A stretch of 38,100 bases of DNA from an uncultured Clostridia bacterium (lineage in GTDB: Bacteria > Bacillota > Clostridia > TANB77 > CAG-508), in assembly GCA_947625925.1 (NCBI GenBank), contig CANQQC010000001.1:1-38100 (forward strand), read 5' to 3'. Shown here piece after piece: positions 17,045-27,622 of this stretch. Under the pieces are notes generated by a model. It ran no database searches and was not told the DNA's origin. It saw nothing but the letters and a program-made list of their open reading frames with translations. How positions within the stretch are numbered: the stretch's first letter is position 1; each line of letters starts with the position of its first letter. Made by a program: the position numbers and the translations under genes.

Positions 17045-18343
17045 CTAATGTTCATAAATTGTCCCAATATCTTTTCTATAATCTAGTTTACTATCTATAT
17101 TGCCTTTCATAGCATCGTAAGCTTTTTGTTTTGCTTCTTCTAAAGTGTTTCCACATGTATGAACTGCAAATAATCTTGAAGTACCAACTGAACAATATGT
17201 ATCTTCATTTACTGGTTTAGTACTTGCAAAATAAATTTTTGCTCCTTTATCTAATATACCTTTTGTGTTTAATTTAAACTCACAAGGTTTGGATGTTTTT
17301 ATTGCATAGTCTGGACTTACTGTATAAACTGTAAATGTATAATTATTTTTAAATTTACAATTATCTTTAGATAATTTTTGCTCCCATATATTTTTCATTA
17401 CATCTTGGAAAGGCGTTTCTAAAGAATTTAAAACATTTATAGCTTCTGGATCTCCAAACCTAGCATTAAATTCAATAAACTTAATTCCTTGTTTGCATTT
17501 AAAGAAGCCACCATATATAACTCCTGTAAATTCTAAATTATCTTTATTTATGTACTCAATTGTATTTTGAATTAAACTTGAACATTTATCTATATCTTCT
17601 TGTTCTAGAAATGGTAATAATCCATTTTTAAAACTTAAACATCCCATCCCACCTGTTCCAGGTCCTTTATCTTTATCAAATCTATATGGATAATCAAAAG
17701 TTGTTGGTGTTACTACTATATTTTTTCCGTCTGTTAATGCCATTACTGTAAATTCTCTACCTTCTACTTTATCTTGAATTATAACTTTTCCATCTGTTTC
17801 TAAACAAGACTTAGCATATTCAAATCCTTCTTCTTTTCCTTTGAAATGTACTCCTCCCACTTTAACACCTTTACCACCTGTTAATCCTTCAGGTTTAACA
17901 ACAAAACAGTCATCTTTATAATTGTTCATAGCTTTTTCTAATTCTTCATTATTTGTAATGTTATAGTTTTTTATTATCATTTCTGGAGCAAGTTTATTAA
18001 CAATATCTAATGCATATGTTTTACTCCATTCAACTTTAGCACCTTTTGATGTAGGTCCAAAAGTTTTTAATCCTAATTCTTTTGCTAAATCAATCAATCC
18101 TTCTTGTAATAAATTGTCTTGACTAACAACACAAACTTCAATATTTTCTTTTTCAATAAATTCTTTAACTAATTCTTTGTTAAATGGATCTCCTATTAGA
18201 TACTTTCCTCTAGATTTTTCAACTTCTTGCACTACTGAAGGATTTTCATATGGCATTATAGAATATAATTCAAATCCTTTAGCTATTTGTTCAGCAAGTA
18301 CAGCTTCACGTCCACCATTTCCTAATAATAAACATTTTTTCAT
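17045..18343 (-). CDS. purD: Phosphoribosylamine--glycine ligase
   Basis: LLLGNGGRE N-terminus, ATP-grasp core and GGMGCLS motif; 432 aa. It sits between purL and purN. Confidence 0.85.
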   Translation of the reverse strand: MKKCLLLGNGGREAVLAEQIAKGFELYSIMPYENPSVVQEVEKSRGKYLIGDPFNKELVKEFIEKENIEVCVVSQDNLLQEGLIDLAKELGLKTFGPTSKGAKVEWSKTYALDIVNKLAPEMIIKNYNITNNEELEKAMNNYKDDCFVVKPEGLTGGKGVKVGGVHFKGKEEGFEYAKSCLETDGKVIIQDKVEGREFTVMALTDGKNIVVTPTTFDYPYRFDKDKGPGTGGMGCLSFKNGLLPFLEQEDIDKCSSLIQNTIEYINKDNLEFTGVIYGGFFKCKQGIKFIEFNARFGDPEAINVLNSLETPFQDVMKNIWEQKLSKDNCKFKNNYTFTVYTVSPDYAIKTSKPCEFKLNTKGILDKGAKIYFASTKPVNEDTYCSVGTSRLFAVHTCGNTLEEAKQKAYDAMKGNIDSKLDYRKDIGTIYEH

Positions 18344-18357
18344 TTTTTCTTCTCCTT

Positions 18358-21300
18358 TTATCTATAATAATTAATACCTGATTCAAATATTTTTTGATCT
18401 TTTCTTCCTGGAATATTTTTTATAATTTCTTTATAACTTCTTTCAGAATGTCCCATTTTTCCAAGTATTCTTCCGTCTGGACTTGTAATTGCTTCAATTG
18501 CATCAACAGAACCATTAGGGTTATATCTAATATCATAAGTTGCATTTCCTTTCAAATCTACATATTGTGTTGCAATTTGTCCGTTTTCTATCAATTTCTT
18601 TTCAAGCTCTTTTGAAACTATAAATCTTCCCTCTCCATGCGATATTGGGATAGTAAATTCTTCTCCTAATTCTACACCACTAAACCATGGTGATAATTTA
18701 GAAACAACCTTTGTTTGTACCATTTTAGATTGATGTCTTGCTATTGTATTAAATGTTAAAGTTGGCATTGTATCATCCATATCTTTTATTTCTCCATAAG
18801 GTAATAAACCTAATTTAACTAATGCCTGGAATCCATTGCATATACCTAGCATTAAACCATACTTTTCATTTAGATGTTTATGTATTAAATCTTTTAATTT
18901 AGGATTTCTAAATACTGAAGCAATAAATTTACCTGATCCATCAGGTTCATCACCACTACTAAATCCTCCCGGTAACATTATAATTTGTGATTTTTCTATT
19001 TCCTTTGCAAATAAATCAATAGATTCTTGTATATTTTCAGGCTTTAAATTTTTAAATACTACTGTATTTGTAATTCCTCCTGCATCTTGAAAAGCTTTCT
19101 CTAAATCATATTCGCAATTAGTTCCTGGAAATACAGGAATAAACACTCTAGGTTTTGTTATTGGTAGTTTTCGTTTTATATTACATTTTTTATCACTTAA
19201 TATATTTTTAGCAACTTTATTTTTTTGTTTAACTTTTGTTGGAAATACTTTTTCTAGTGGTTTTTCCCATTTTTCTATTAGATTATCTATATTTAAAATA
19301 TTTTTCTTATCTATTATGATACTTTCTTCTTCAATAGTTTTTCCTAATGTATGAAGCTTTTTATTAAATACCAAATTTCCCTTTAACTCAATTACAAATG
19401 ACCCATAATATGGATAGAATAAATCTAATGATGTTTTTTCAAATTTAAATCCAATTTTATTTCCCATACAACTTTTTGTAATTACATCTGCTATTCCACC
19501 ATGTGTTACAGTACTAACAGAACATACCTTTTTTTCTTTAATAAGTTTATGTATTATTTCAAAATTTTCTTTTAAATCTTCTATGTCTAACATATCATCT
19601 TGTCCCATTTTAGTTTGTAAAAATACCACTTTAGATTTTGCTTTCTTAAATTCGTTAGATACAACATTTTTTGTGTTCGTTTCACCTATACAAAAAGATA
19701 CTAATGTTGGCGGAACATCTAACTCATTGTATGAACCAGACATACTATCTTTTCCACCTATTGCTCCTATTTTTAATTCTTTTTGTATATAATATGCTCC
19801 AAGTAATGCTGCAAATGGTTTTCCCCAACGTTTTGAATCTTCTCCTAGTCTTTCAAAATACTCCTGAAAAGTTAAATATGCCTTCTTATAATCACCACCT
19901 ATTGCAACATATTTAGATACTGATTCTATAACTGCATAAACAGCTCCATGAAAAGGACTCCAACTTGATAAATATGGATTATATCCATATGCCATAATTG
20001 TTCCACTATCTGTATACCCTTTTGATGTTGGTATTCTAGCTACCATTCCTTGTGCAGGTGTTAATTGATGTTTTCCACCAAAAGGCATTAGAACTGTATT
20101 TGCTCCTATAGAACTATCAAAACGTTCTACTAATCCTTTTTGTGAACAACAATTTAAGTCTGATATTGTTTTTTCCCATGTATTTTTTATATTTTTTACT
20201 TCTTTATGTTTAAAATATGATGATTTTTTAGGCTTACTTATTTCTACTTTTGCATTTTTTACATCACCATTTGTATCAAGAAACTCTCTTGTAATATCTA
20301 CTATTAGTTTTCCTCTCCAATACATTTTTACTCTTGGTTCTTCTACTACTTCAGCAACAATTGTAGCTTCTATATTTTCTTTTTCTGCATAATCAATTAG
20401 TTTTTTGCTATCAAATTTATCTACAACTACTGCCATCCTTTCTTGTGATTCTGATATTGCAAGTTCTGTTCCATCTAATCCTTCATATTTCTTTGGAACT
20501 TTATCTAAATCTATTACTAAACCGTCTGCTAATTCTCCAATAGCAACAGATACTCCACCAGCTCCAAAATCATTACATCTTTTTATTAGTTTTGTAACTT
20601 TTTGATTTCTAAATAGTCTTTGAATTTTTCTTTCTTCTGGTGCATTTCCTTTTTGTACCTCTGCTCCACAAGTTGTAAGTGACTTACTATTGTGAGCTTT
20701 TGATGAACCTGTAGCTCCTCCACAACCATCTCTTCCTGTTCTTCCACCTAATATAATAACCAAATCTCCTGGTACTGGTTTTTTTCTTACTACATTCTTT
20801 TTAGGAGCTGCTCCTACTAAAGCACCTATTTCAAGACGTTTTGCCACATAACCTTCATGATATATTTCAGCAACTTGTCCTGTTGCTAAACCTATTTGAT
20901 TTCCATATGAACTGTATCCTCTTGCAGCTTCATTTGTTATCTTTCTTTGTGGTAATTTATTTGGCATAGTTTCTTCAACAGTTTTTCTTGGATCTCCACA
21001 TCCTGTTACTCTCATTGCTTGATATACATATACTCTTCCTGATAAAGGATCACGTATTGCTCCACCTAAACATGTTGCAGCTCCACCAAATGGCTCTATT
21101 TCTGTTGGATGGTTATGTGTTTCATTTTTAAACATTATTAAATATTCTTCTTTTTTACCATCTACTAATATATCTGCTTTAATACTACAAGCATTTATTT
21201 CTTCTGATTGGTCTAAATTCTTTAAGTATCCTTGTTTTTTTAATTCTTTTACAGATATAGTTGCCATATCCATTAAACATATATCTTTTGCTTTTTTATT

Positions 21301-22083
21301 TTCATATACATAATCTCTTGTTTTCAAATAGTCTTCATATACTTTTTGTAATAAATCCCATTTAATATCTAAAACATCTAATTTGGTTAAAAAAGTAGTA
21401 TGTCTACAATGATCAGACCAATATGTATCTATCATTTTCATTTCAGTCATTGTTGGATCTCTTTTTTCTATTTCTTTAAAATATTTTTGACAAAATTCTA
21501 AATCTGCAAAATCCATTGCAAAGCCATATTTTTCGTAGAAATGTTTAGAGTCCTTTTTGGTCATTTTTGTAAAACCTTCTACAATTTGAACATCTTTTGG
21601 AGTTTCTAAGTTTTGCTCTAAATTTTTTGGCTTTTCTAATGAGCATTCTCTTGAATCAACTTGATTTATCATGTATTTTTTTATTTTTTTGGCTTCTTCT
21701 TTTTTTATTTTACCTTGTAAAATATATATTTTCGCTGATTTTGCTATTGGTCTATTTCCATTAGCTATAATTTGTAGACATTCTTCCAAAGCATTTGCTC
21801 TTTGATCAAATTGACCTGGTAAAAATTCTACACCAAACACATAATCCTCTTTATTAAAAGGATATTTTTCAACATAACATTCATCAACTTGTGGCTCTGA
21901 AAAAACAGTATTTTTTGCTTCTTCAAAAGTCTCTTTTGTAATATTTGATACATCATATCTGTTTAATATAATTAAATTATTTAATGTTTTTATCGATAAA
22001 TTTTCCCTTATATCTTGTAATAATCCTTTTGCTTCTACATCAAATCCATCTTTCTTTTTTACATAAATTCTTTTAACTCCCAT
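18358..22083 (-). CDS. purL: Phosphoribosylformylglycinamidine synthase, single-chain large form
   Basis: 1241 aa. Duplicated AIRS-like domains (HNHPTEIEPFGGAATCLGG) and a C-terminal glutaminase domain with the GICNGFQ nucleophile motif. Confidence 0.9.
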   Translation of the reverse strand: MGVKRIYVKKKDGFDVEAKGLLQDIRENLSIKTLNNLIILNRYDVSNITKETFEEAKNTVFSEPQVDECYVEKYPFNKEDYVFGVEFLPGQFDQRANALEECLQIIANGNRPIAKSAKIYILQGKIKKEEAKKIKKYMINQVDSRECSLEKPKNLEQNLETPKDVQIVEGFTKMTKKDSKHFYEKYGFAMDFADLEFCQKYFKEIEKRDPTMTEMKMIDTYWSDHCRHTTFLTKLDVLDIKWDLLQKVYEDYLKTRDYVYENKKAKDICLMDMATISVKELKKQGYLKNLDQSEEINACSIKADILVDGKKEEYLIMFKNETHNHPTEIEPFGGAATCLGGAIRDPLSGRVYVYQAMRVTGCGDPRKTVEETMPNKLPQRKITNEAARGYSSYGNQIGLATGQVAEIYHEGYVAKRLEIGALVGAAPKKNVVRKKPVPGDLVIILGGRTGRDGCGGATGSSKAHNSKSLTTCGAEVQKGNAPEERKIQRLFRNQKVTKLIKRCNDFGAGGVSVAIGELADGLVIDLDKVPKKYEGLDGTELAISESQERMAVVVDKFDSKKLIDYAEKENIEATIVAEVVEEPRVKMYWRGKLIVDITREFLDTNGDVKNAKVEISKPKKSSYFKHKEVKNIKNTWEKTISDLNCCSQKGLVERFDSSIGANTVLMPFGGKHQLTPAQGMVARIPTSKGYTDSGTIMAYGYNPYLSSWSPFHGAVYAVIESVSKYVAIGGDYKKAYLTFQEYFERLGEDSKRWGKPFAALLGAYYIQKELKIGAIGGKDSMSGSYNELDVPPTLVSFCIGETNTKNVVSNEFKKAKSKVVFLQTKMGQDDMLDIEDLKENFEIIHKLIKEKKVCSVSTVTHGGIADVITKSCMGNKIGFKFEKTSLDLFYPYYGSFVIELKGNLVFNKKLHTLGKTIEEESIIIDKKNILNIDNLIEKWEKPLEKVFPTKVKQKNKVAKNILSDKKCNIKRKLPITKPRVFIPVFPGTNCEYDLEKAFQDAGGITNTVVFKNLKPENIQESIDLFAKEIEKSQIIMLPGGFSSGDEPDGSGKFIASVFRNPKLKDLIHKHLNEKYGLMLGICNGFQALVKLGLLPYGEIKDMDDTMPTLTFNTIARHQSKMVQTKVVSKLSPWFSGVELGEEFTIPISHGEGRFIVSKELEKKLIENGQIATQYVDLKGNATYDIRYNPNGSVDAIEAITSPDGRILGKMGHSERSYKEIIKNIPGRKDQKIFESGINYYR

Positions 22084-22112
22084 TAGAATCCTCCAATATT
22101 TATTTAATAATT

Positions 22113-23150
22113 TTAAATTATTTCAATATCATTTTCTCCTTCAATGACATCACCTATAACATAGGCTTTTTCTCCATGTTTTTCCAAAATCTTAAGTGCT
22201 TTATCTACTTCTTCTTTTTTAACTATAACTGCCATTCCAATTCCCATATTAAAAGTATTATACATATCTCTTTGTGGAATATTTCCAACTTTTTGAATAA
22301 GCTTAAATATAGGTAGAACTGGATATGAATCTTTTTTTATTCTTAAAGAAACTCCTTCTTTTAACATTCTAGGCATATTTTCATAAAATCCACCTCCTGT
22401 AATATGTGAGATTCCTTTTACTTTTACATTTTCTAATAGTTCTAGAATTGGTTTAACATATATCTTTGTAGGTGTTAATAACGTTTCTCCTAGTGTCTGT
22501 CCAAGTTCTTCTTTATACATTTTTAAATTTTCTTCATTTACATTAAAAATTTTTCTTACTAAAGAAAATCCATTTGAATGAACTCCTGAAGATGCTATAC
22601 CTATTACTTGGTCACCTATTTCAATTGTGTTGACATCAATCATTTCACTTTTATCAACAATTCCAACGCAAAATCCTGCTAAGTCATATTCACCTTCTTT
22701 GTAAAATCCTGGCATTTCAGCTGTTTCTCCTCCAATAAGGCTACAATTTGCCTTTTTACAACCATCTGCAACACCTTTTACAATACTTGCTACAACTTCT
22801 GGTATATTTTTTCCTAATGCCATATAATCTAAGAAAAATAAAGGCTTTGCTCCACAACATATGATATCATTTGCACACATTGCAACACAATCTTGTCCAA
22901 TAGTATCATGTTTTTGCATTAAAAAAGCCAACTTCAGTTTCGTACCTACTCCATCAGTACCAGAAACTAAAATTGGTTCCTTATTTTTTTGTTTGTTTAA
23001 AGAATATAGACCTCCAAAGCCTCCTAAATCAGATACAACATTTGCGTTGTATGTACTTTTCACAGCATCTTTCATAAGATTTACTGCTTTGTATCCTGCG
23101 GTTACATCAACTCCTGCTTGTTTATAGCTTTCGCTAAAACTTTTTTTCAT
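22113..23150 (-). CDS. purM: Phosphoribosylformylglycinamidine cyclo-ligase (AIR synthetase)
   Basis: [10 protein letters not shown]-terminus and GTDGVGTKL motif. The start is placed at MKKSF (ATG 23150, 8 nt after AAGGAA) rather than ORF-track position 23159. Confidence 0.9.
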   Translation of the reverse strand: MKKSFSESYKQAGVDVTAGYKAVNLMKDAVKSTYNANVVSDLGGFGGLYSLNKQKNKEPILVSGTDGVGTKLKLAFLMQKHDTIGQDCVAMCANDIICCGAKPLFFLDYMALGKNIPEVVASIVKGVADGCKKANCSLIGGETAEMPGFYKEGEYDLAGFCVGIVDKSEMIDVNTIEIGDQVIGIASSGVHSNGFSLVRKIFNVNEENLKMYKEELGQTLGETLLTPTKIYVKPILELLENVKVKGISHITGGGFYENMPRMLKEGVSLRIKKDSYPVLPIFKLIQKVGNIPQRDMYNTFNMGIGMAVIVKKEEVDKALKILEKHGEKAYVIGDVIEGENDIEII

Positions 23151-23204
23151 CTTCCACATTCCTTTCTTTTTAGTGGTTTTTTTGTTTTTATTTTATCGAC
23201 AGTC

Positions 23205-23233
23205 ACATTATATAATATCTTTCTTTTTAGTTC
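23205..23233 (-). promoter_or_regulatory. Candidate promoter for purM-purL-purD-purN-purF
   Basis: On the minus strand: TTGAAC (23233..23228), a 17-nt spacer, then TATAAT (23210..23205). It lies downstream of the splB terminator. Confidence 0.55.
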
Positions 23234-23265
23234 AACATTTTATTTTAAAATATTTTTATTTTTTT

Positions 23266-23302
23266 AACAAAAAAAGTAGAATAGTTGAATTGTCTATTCT
23301 AC
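23266..23302 (-). terminator. Intrinsic terminator at the end of splB
   Basis: The stem gtagaatag (23276..23284) / ctattctac (23294..23302) is followed on the minus strand by UUUUUUU. The stem overlaps the splB stop codon. Confidence 0.65.
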
Positions 23303-24297
23303 ACAATATATTCTATTTTATTATTATTAAAATATTTATTCATTTGTTCTATTAGAAAAGCTTTTGCCTCATTTCTTACATCAGTTTTATAACAATATTT
23401 CCCTTTTCCTCTTCCTGTCATAATTTCTTTATTATATATATTTATTGCATTTGGAAATGCTTCTTCATTTATTTTCGTATGAACGTAACTATATGTCATA
23501 AATATCATTTCAAAAAAAACATCTTTTTTTACTTTATTAGATAATTTCAGATTTAACTTTTTTATTAACTCTTTATATAGGTCTTTCCAATTATCAACTA
23601 GAATTATTGGTGCTATTAAAATTCCAACATTATATCCCGCTTCTTTTAATTTATTTATTGCCACTATTCTATCATCCAATCTTGATGTTCCAAATTCAAC
23701 TTTATTTATAATTTCTTCTGGATTAACACTCATTCTAACTGTAATTTTTCCTTGATGATCTAACTCTAAAATTGGATCAACCATATCAAATTTTGTTGGA
23801 AATGTTAATTTGCCATGGTCTGAATTTTTAAAATTTTCAATAGTCCATACCAAATTATTCGTTATAGTGTTTTCAAGAATTAAATCACTATTACTTCCTA
23901 TTTCAAAAGTTAAGTCTTTATCAAATTTATTTGCTGTTTTTATTATTTTTTCCAACATTTTTTCTCTATTAACAAACAATCTTAAATATGCACACTTATT
24001 ATAATTACAAACTAAATAACAATACATGCAAGAAGCAATGCAACCTGACGATGTATATGGGACTAAAAAATCAGAAGTTTTATGATTTTCTACAAATTTA
24101 TGTGTTTTTCTTACACCTATTATTAAATTTCTTTTCATATTAGCGAATTCTTTATTTGGATTTTTTCTCATCTCTTCTATGTTATTATGACTTTCTATTT
24201 GTATTTTAGGAATTTCTTTATATTTTTCCATCAACTCTCTTCCAAGTGAATAATCAATTATTTCTTTTTCATAATAAATAGCTTTTGGTTTAAACAT
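23299..24297 (-). CDS. splB: Spore photoproduct lyase family radical SAM protein
   Basis: CIASCMYC (CX3CX2C) sits in the SPL-typical context ...VGVRKTHKF...SSGC...CYL. It is collinear with SPL from my memory of the Bacillus/Geobacillus sequence (FGTSRLDDRIVAINKLKEAGYNVGILIAPI versus the PGTSSFDGRL...AGYKLGFVVAPI region). Confidence 0.8.
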   Translation of the reverse strand: MFKPKAIYYEKEIIDYSLGRELMEKYKEIPKIQIESHNNIEEMRKNPNKEFANMKRNLIIGVRKTHKFVENHKTSDFLVPYTSSGCIASCMYCYLVCNYNKCAYLRLFVNREKMLEKIIKTANKFDKDLTFEIGSNSDLILENTITNNLVWTIENFKNSDHGKLTFPTKFDMVDPILELDHQGKITVRMSVNPEEIINKVEFGTSRLDDRIVAINKLKEAGYNVGILIAPIILVDNWKDLYKELIKKLNLKLSNKVKKDVFFEMIFMTYSYVHTKINEEAFPNAINIYNKEIMTGRGKGKYCYKTDVRNEAKAFLIEQMNKYFNNNKIEYIV

Positions 24298-24347
24298 ATC
24301 ATTCCTCCTAGAATTATTTTAACCAAAAGCTATTTTTTTATTTTATT

Positions 24348-25898
24348 TTAATGTCTAAAATGTCTCATTTTTGTAAATATCATAGATATTCCATATTCAT
24401 TACATTTTTCAATAGAATCTTTATCTTTAATTGATCCACCAGGTTGTATTATTGCAGTTATTCCCGCTTTATGTGCTGCTTCTACGCAATCAGAAAATGG
24501 AAAGAAAGCATCTGAAGCAAGTACTGCTCCTTTAGTAACATCTTTTCCAATCAACTCTTCAGCATGTTCAATTGATTGTGTTGTTGCCCATATTCTATTT
24601 ACTTGTCCAGGTCCAATTCCTATTGATTGTTTATCTTTTCCTAATGCTATTCCATTTGATTTTACATATTTAACTATTTTCCATGTAAATAACATATCTT
24701 CTAATTCTTTTTCAGTTGGTTTTCTATCTGTTACAACTTCATATTCATCCAATAATTTTGAATCTATTGTTTGAAGTATAATTCCACCATTTATTTTCTT
24801 TATATCATAAGAATTTTCTGGTTGTTTAACTGTTATACTTGGTAATACAAGTACTCTTAAATTTTTCTTTGTTTTTAATATTTCTAATGCTTTTTCATCA
24901 TAAGAAGGTGCAACAATAACCTCTAAGAATATTTCACTCATTTCTTTTGCAACATCTTGTGTTATCTCTTTATTTGCTACAACAATTCCTCCAAATATTG
25001 AAGTTTTATCTGCATTAAATGCTTTTTGCCATGCCTTATATATACTTTCTGAATCACTACCTACTCCACAAGGGTTTCCATGTTTACAAGCAACAACAGT
25101 TGGTTCTTCAAATTCTTTTAATAATTCTAATGCACCATTTGTATCATTTATATTATTAAAAGATAATTCTTTTCCATTTAGTTGTTTAGCTATTGTAAGT
25201 GATCCTTCACATTTTCCTACTTCTTTATATAGTGCTCCAATTTGATGTGGATTTTCTCCATATCTCATCTCTTGTACTTTTTCATATGTTAGTGTTAATT
25301 CTTGAGGTAAAGTTTCATCTTTTCTTTCATCTTTTAAGTATTTGCAAATCATAGCGTCATAACTTGCTGTATGTTCAAAAACTTTATTCATTAAATAAAA
25401 TTTTGTATCTAAAGATACTTTTCCTTCTTCTTTTAATTCTGAAAGAACTTTTGCATAATCATTAGGGTCTGTAATTACAGTTACATCTTGATAGTTTTTT
25501 GCTGCACTTCTTAGCATTGTTGGTCCACCAATATCGATATTTTCAACAGCTTCTTCTCTTTTTACATTTTCTTTTGAAATTGTTTGTTTAAATGGATACA
25601 AATTAACAATTACAAAATCTATTGTATCTACATCTAAATCTTTTAACTGTTTCATATGTTCCTTATTATCTCTCATTGCTAAAATACCTGCATGTACTTT
25701 TGGGTGAAGAGTTTTTACTCTACCATCTAAACATTCTGGAAATCCTGTAAGTTCAGAAATTTCAATAGCTTGTACTCCTTCTTCTTTTAATTTTTTGTAA
25801 GTACCACCTGTTGATATTATTTCAATGCCTAAGTTTTCTAGCTCTTTTGCAAATTCAACTATTCCTGTTTTGTCAAAAACACTAATCAATGCTTTCAT
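24348..25898 (-). CDS. purH: Bifunctional AICAR transformylase / IMP cyclohydrolase
   Basis: MKALISVFDKTG N-terminus (MGS-like domain) and C-terminal AICARFT domain ending KMRHFRH; 516 aa. Confidence 0.9.
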   Translation of the reverse strand: MKALISVFDKTGIVEFAKELENLGIEIISTGGTYKKLKEEGVQAIEISELTGFPECLDGRVKTLHPKVHAGILAMRDNKEHMKQLKDLDVDTIDFVIVNLYPFKQTISKENVKREEAVENIDIGGPTMLRSAAKNYQDVTVITDPNDYAKVLSELKEEGKVSLDTKFYLMNKVFEHTASYDAMICKYLKDERKDETLPQELTLTYEKVQEMRYGENPHQIGALYKEVGKCEGSLTIAKQLNGKELSFNNINDTNGALELLKEFEEPTVVACKHGNPCGVGSDSESIYKAWQKAFNADKTSIFGGIVVANKEITQDVAKEMSEIFLEVIVAPSYDEKALEILKTKKNLRVLVLPSITVKQPENSYDIKKINGGIILQTIDSKLLDEYEVVTDRKPTEKELEDMLFTWKIVKYVKSNGIALGKDKQSIGIGPGQVNRIWATTQSIEHAEELIGKDVTKGAVLASDAFFPFSDCVEAAHKAGITAIIQPGGSIKDKDSIEKCNEYGISMIFTKMRHFRH

Positions 25899-25924
25899 TT
25901 TTTACATTACCTCCTTTTTTTTTA

Positions 25925-25953
25925 ATCTTATATTAAAAGAAAAAGTTAGTCAA
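25925..25953 (-). promoter_or_regulatory. Candidate promoter for purH-splB
   Basis: On the minus strand: TTGACT (25953..25948), a 17-nt spacer, then TAAGAT (25930..25925), about 25 nt upstream of the purH ATG. Confidence 0.5.
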
Positions 25954-26021
25954 TATTTTATTTTATTTTCTCTTTCATTTTTTATATAACTTTATCTAAT
26001 TTTTATTGTTTATATATAACA

Positions 26022-26060
26022 ATAAAAGACATAAAACTTTCTATTTTTATGTCTTTTTTC
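26022..26060 (-). terminator. Terminator hairpin after the DUF362 gene (could act in both directions)
   Basis: Inverted repeat aaaagacataaaa (26024..26036) / ttttatgtctttt (26045..26057) with U-rich flanks on both strands. Confidence 0.55.
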
Positions 26061-26105
26061 ATTTTTGGTTAACAAATTTTTACACTATTTTTTTCATATG
26101 TCAAT

Positions 26106-26984
26106 TTAGTCTACTTCTATCAACTCATATTCTTTACTTCCCATACCTAAATCAGCTGCTGCATCTATAGTATGAGTTCCTTGTCTTGAATTGATTCTTT
26201 CTAATAAATGATCTCTTCCTGGATCATCAGATTTTTTTACAATATCTATACAAGCTTGATCTATTGCAACAGGGTCAAGTGAAGCTAATATTCCTATATC
26301 TTTCATACATGGATCTTCAGCTACATTGCAACAATCACAATCAACTGACATATTTTTCATAACATTTATATATGCAATATTTCCATCAAAATATTTAACA
26401 ATTGAAGATGCTGCATCAGCCATTGATTCTAAAAACTTAATTTGATCTGCTTTAAACATATCTTCATACGAACCATTTTCTACACCAGTACAATGAATAT
26501 ATCTTTTACCCTTACCAGAAGCAACTCCAATTGATAATTGTTTTATTGCTCCTCCATATCCACCCATAGGATGACCTTTAAAGTGTGATAATACAAGCAT
26601 TGAATTATATTTTTCAATATTTTTACCAACATAGTTTTTCTTAATTACTTTTCCATCAGGTATTTCAAGTACTATGTCTTCTTCTTCATCCATTATATCA
26701 ACATCAAAATATTTAGACCATTCATGATCTTCCATCAATTTTTTATGTTTTTCAGTTGTATTTCTTGCTCCTTCATATGCTGTATTACATTCAACAACTG
26801 TTCCATTTAATTCATCCACCATAGGTTTCATAAAGTCTGGGCGAAGATAATTTTGATTTCCTTCTTCTCCAGAATGCACTTTTATAGCTACTTTTCCTGG
26901 TAATTCTTTTTCTAATTTTTTAAATATTTTAACAACACTTTCAGGTGTTATTTCTTTTGTAAAATATACTTTAGATTTTTCCAT
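26106..26984 (-). CDS. DUF362 domain protein (putative Fe-S centre protein)
   Basis: 292 aa. The N-terminus KVYFTKEI...VAIKVHSGEEGN and the Cys cluster SVDCDCCNVAEDPC resemble the DUF362/COG2768 family. Function unknown. Confidence 0.65.
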   Translation of the reverse strand: MEKSKVYFTKEITPESVVKIFKKLEKELPGKVAIKVHSGEEGNQNYLRPDFMKPMVDELNGTVVECNTAYEGARNTTEKHKKLMEDHEWSKYFDVDIMDEEEDIVLEIPDGKVIKKNYVGKNIEKYNSMLVLSHFKGHPMGGYGGAIKQLSIGVASGKGKRYIHCTGVENGSYEDMFKADQIKFLESMADAASSIVKYFDGNIAYINVMKNMSVDCDCCNVAEDPCMKDIGILASLDPVAIDQACIDIVKKSDDPGRDHLLERINSRQGTHTIDAAADLGMGSKEYELIEVD

Positions 26985-27022
26985 TTATTATCAATCCTTT
27001 CTTTTGTCTTTTACTTTTAAAA

Positions 27023-27051
27023 ATTTTATCACAAAAAATTCATCTTATCAA
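27023..27051 (-). promoter_or_regulatory. Candidate promoter for the DUF362 gene
   Basis: On the minus strand: TTGATA (27051..27046), a 17-nt spacer, then TGaTAAAAT (-10 hexamer 27028..27023). Confidence 0.5.
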
Positions 27052-27061
27052 GAACATATTT

Positions 27062-27622
27062 TTATATTATTCCCAAATGTTCCAGTAATATTTTTATTCC
27101 CAATAGTATTAAAATTATACCACCAGTAATTTCTGCTTTTTTTTCATATTTATCTCCAAATTTATTTCCAATTTTCACTCCAACTATTGATAATATGAAT
27201 GTAATAATTCCAATTGTTGTAACTGCAAAAGTTAAATTTACATTTAAAAATGCAAATGTTATTCCAATTGCTAATGCGTCTATACTTGTCGCGATTGCAA
27301 GTAATATCATTGTCTTCACTCCTAGATTATCATCAATTTCCCCCTCAATGTTTTCAAAAGCTTCTTTTATCATATTTAATCCAATTAATAACAAAAGTAT
27401 AAATGCAATCCAATGATCTATTTTTGTAACCATACTTTCAAACGTTTTTCCTAAAGTAAAACCTATTACTGGCATTAAAGCCTGAAATGAGCCAAAATAC
27501 AAACCTACAATTATTGCTTTATCCCATTTCATTTTTCTTAATTGAAGTCCTTTACAAATAGAGACTGCAAAAGCATCCATTGCCAGTCCTACACTAATCA
27601 GTAAGATTTCTACAATACTCAT
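27062..27622 (-). CDS. mntP: Manganese efflux pump
   Basis: 186 aa with six TM helices. Has the duplicated DAFAV / DALAI motifs characteristic of MntP (YebN). Confidence 0.85.
   Translation of the reverse strand: MSIVEILLISVGLAMDAFAVSICKGLQLRKMKWDKAIIVGLYFGSFQALMPVIGFTLGKTFESMVTKIDHWIAFILLLLIGLNMIKEAFENIEGEIDDNLGVKTMILLAIATSIDALAIGITFAFLNVNLTFAVTTIGIITFILSIVGVKIGNKFGDKYEKKAEITGGIILILLGIKILLEHLGII

Noticed and set aside
25899-26105. ZTP (pfl) or purine riboswitch upstream of purH; I also checked 23160..23298 and 13438..13560
   Set aside because: The leaders are short and lack the G/C-rich conserved cores of these RNAs. Only promoter-like hexamers and a terminator of the upstream gene are visible.
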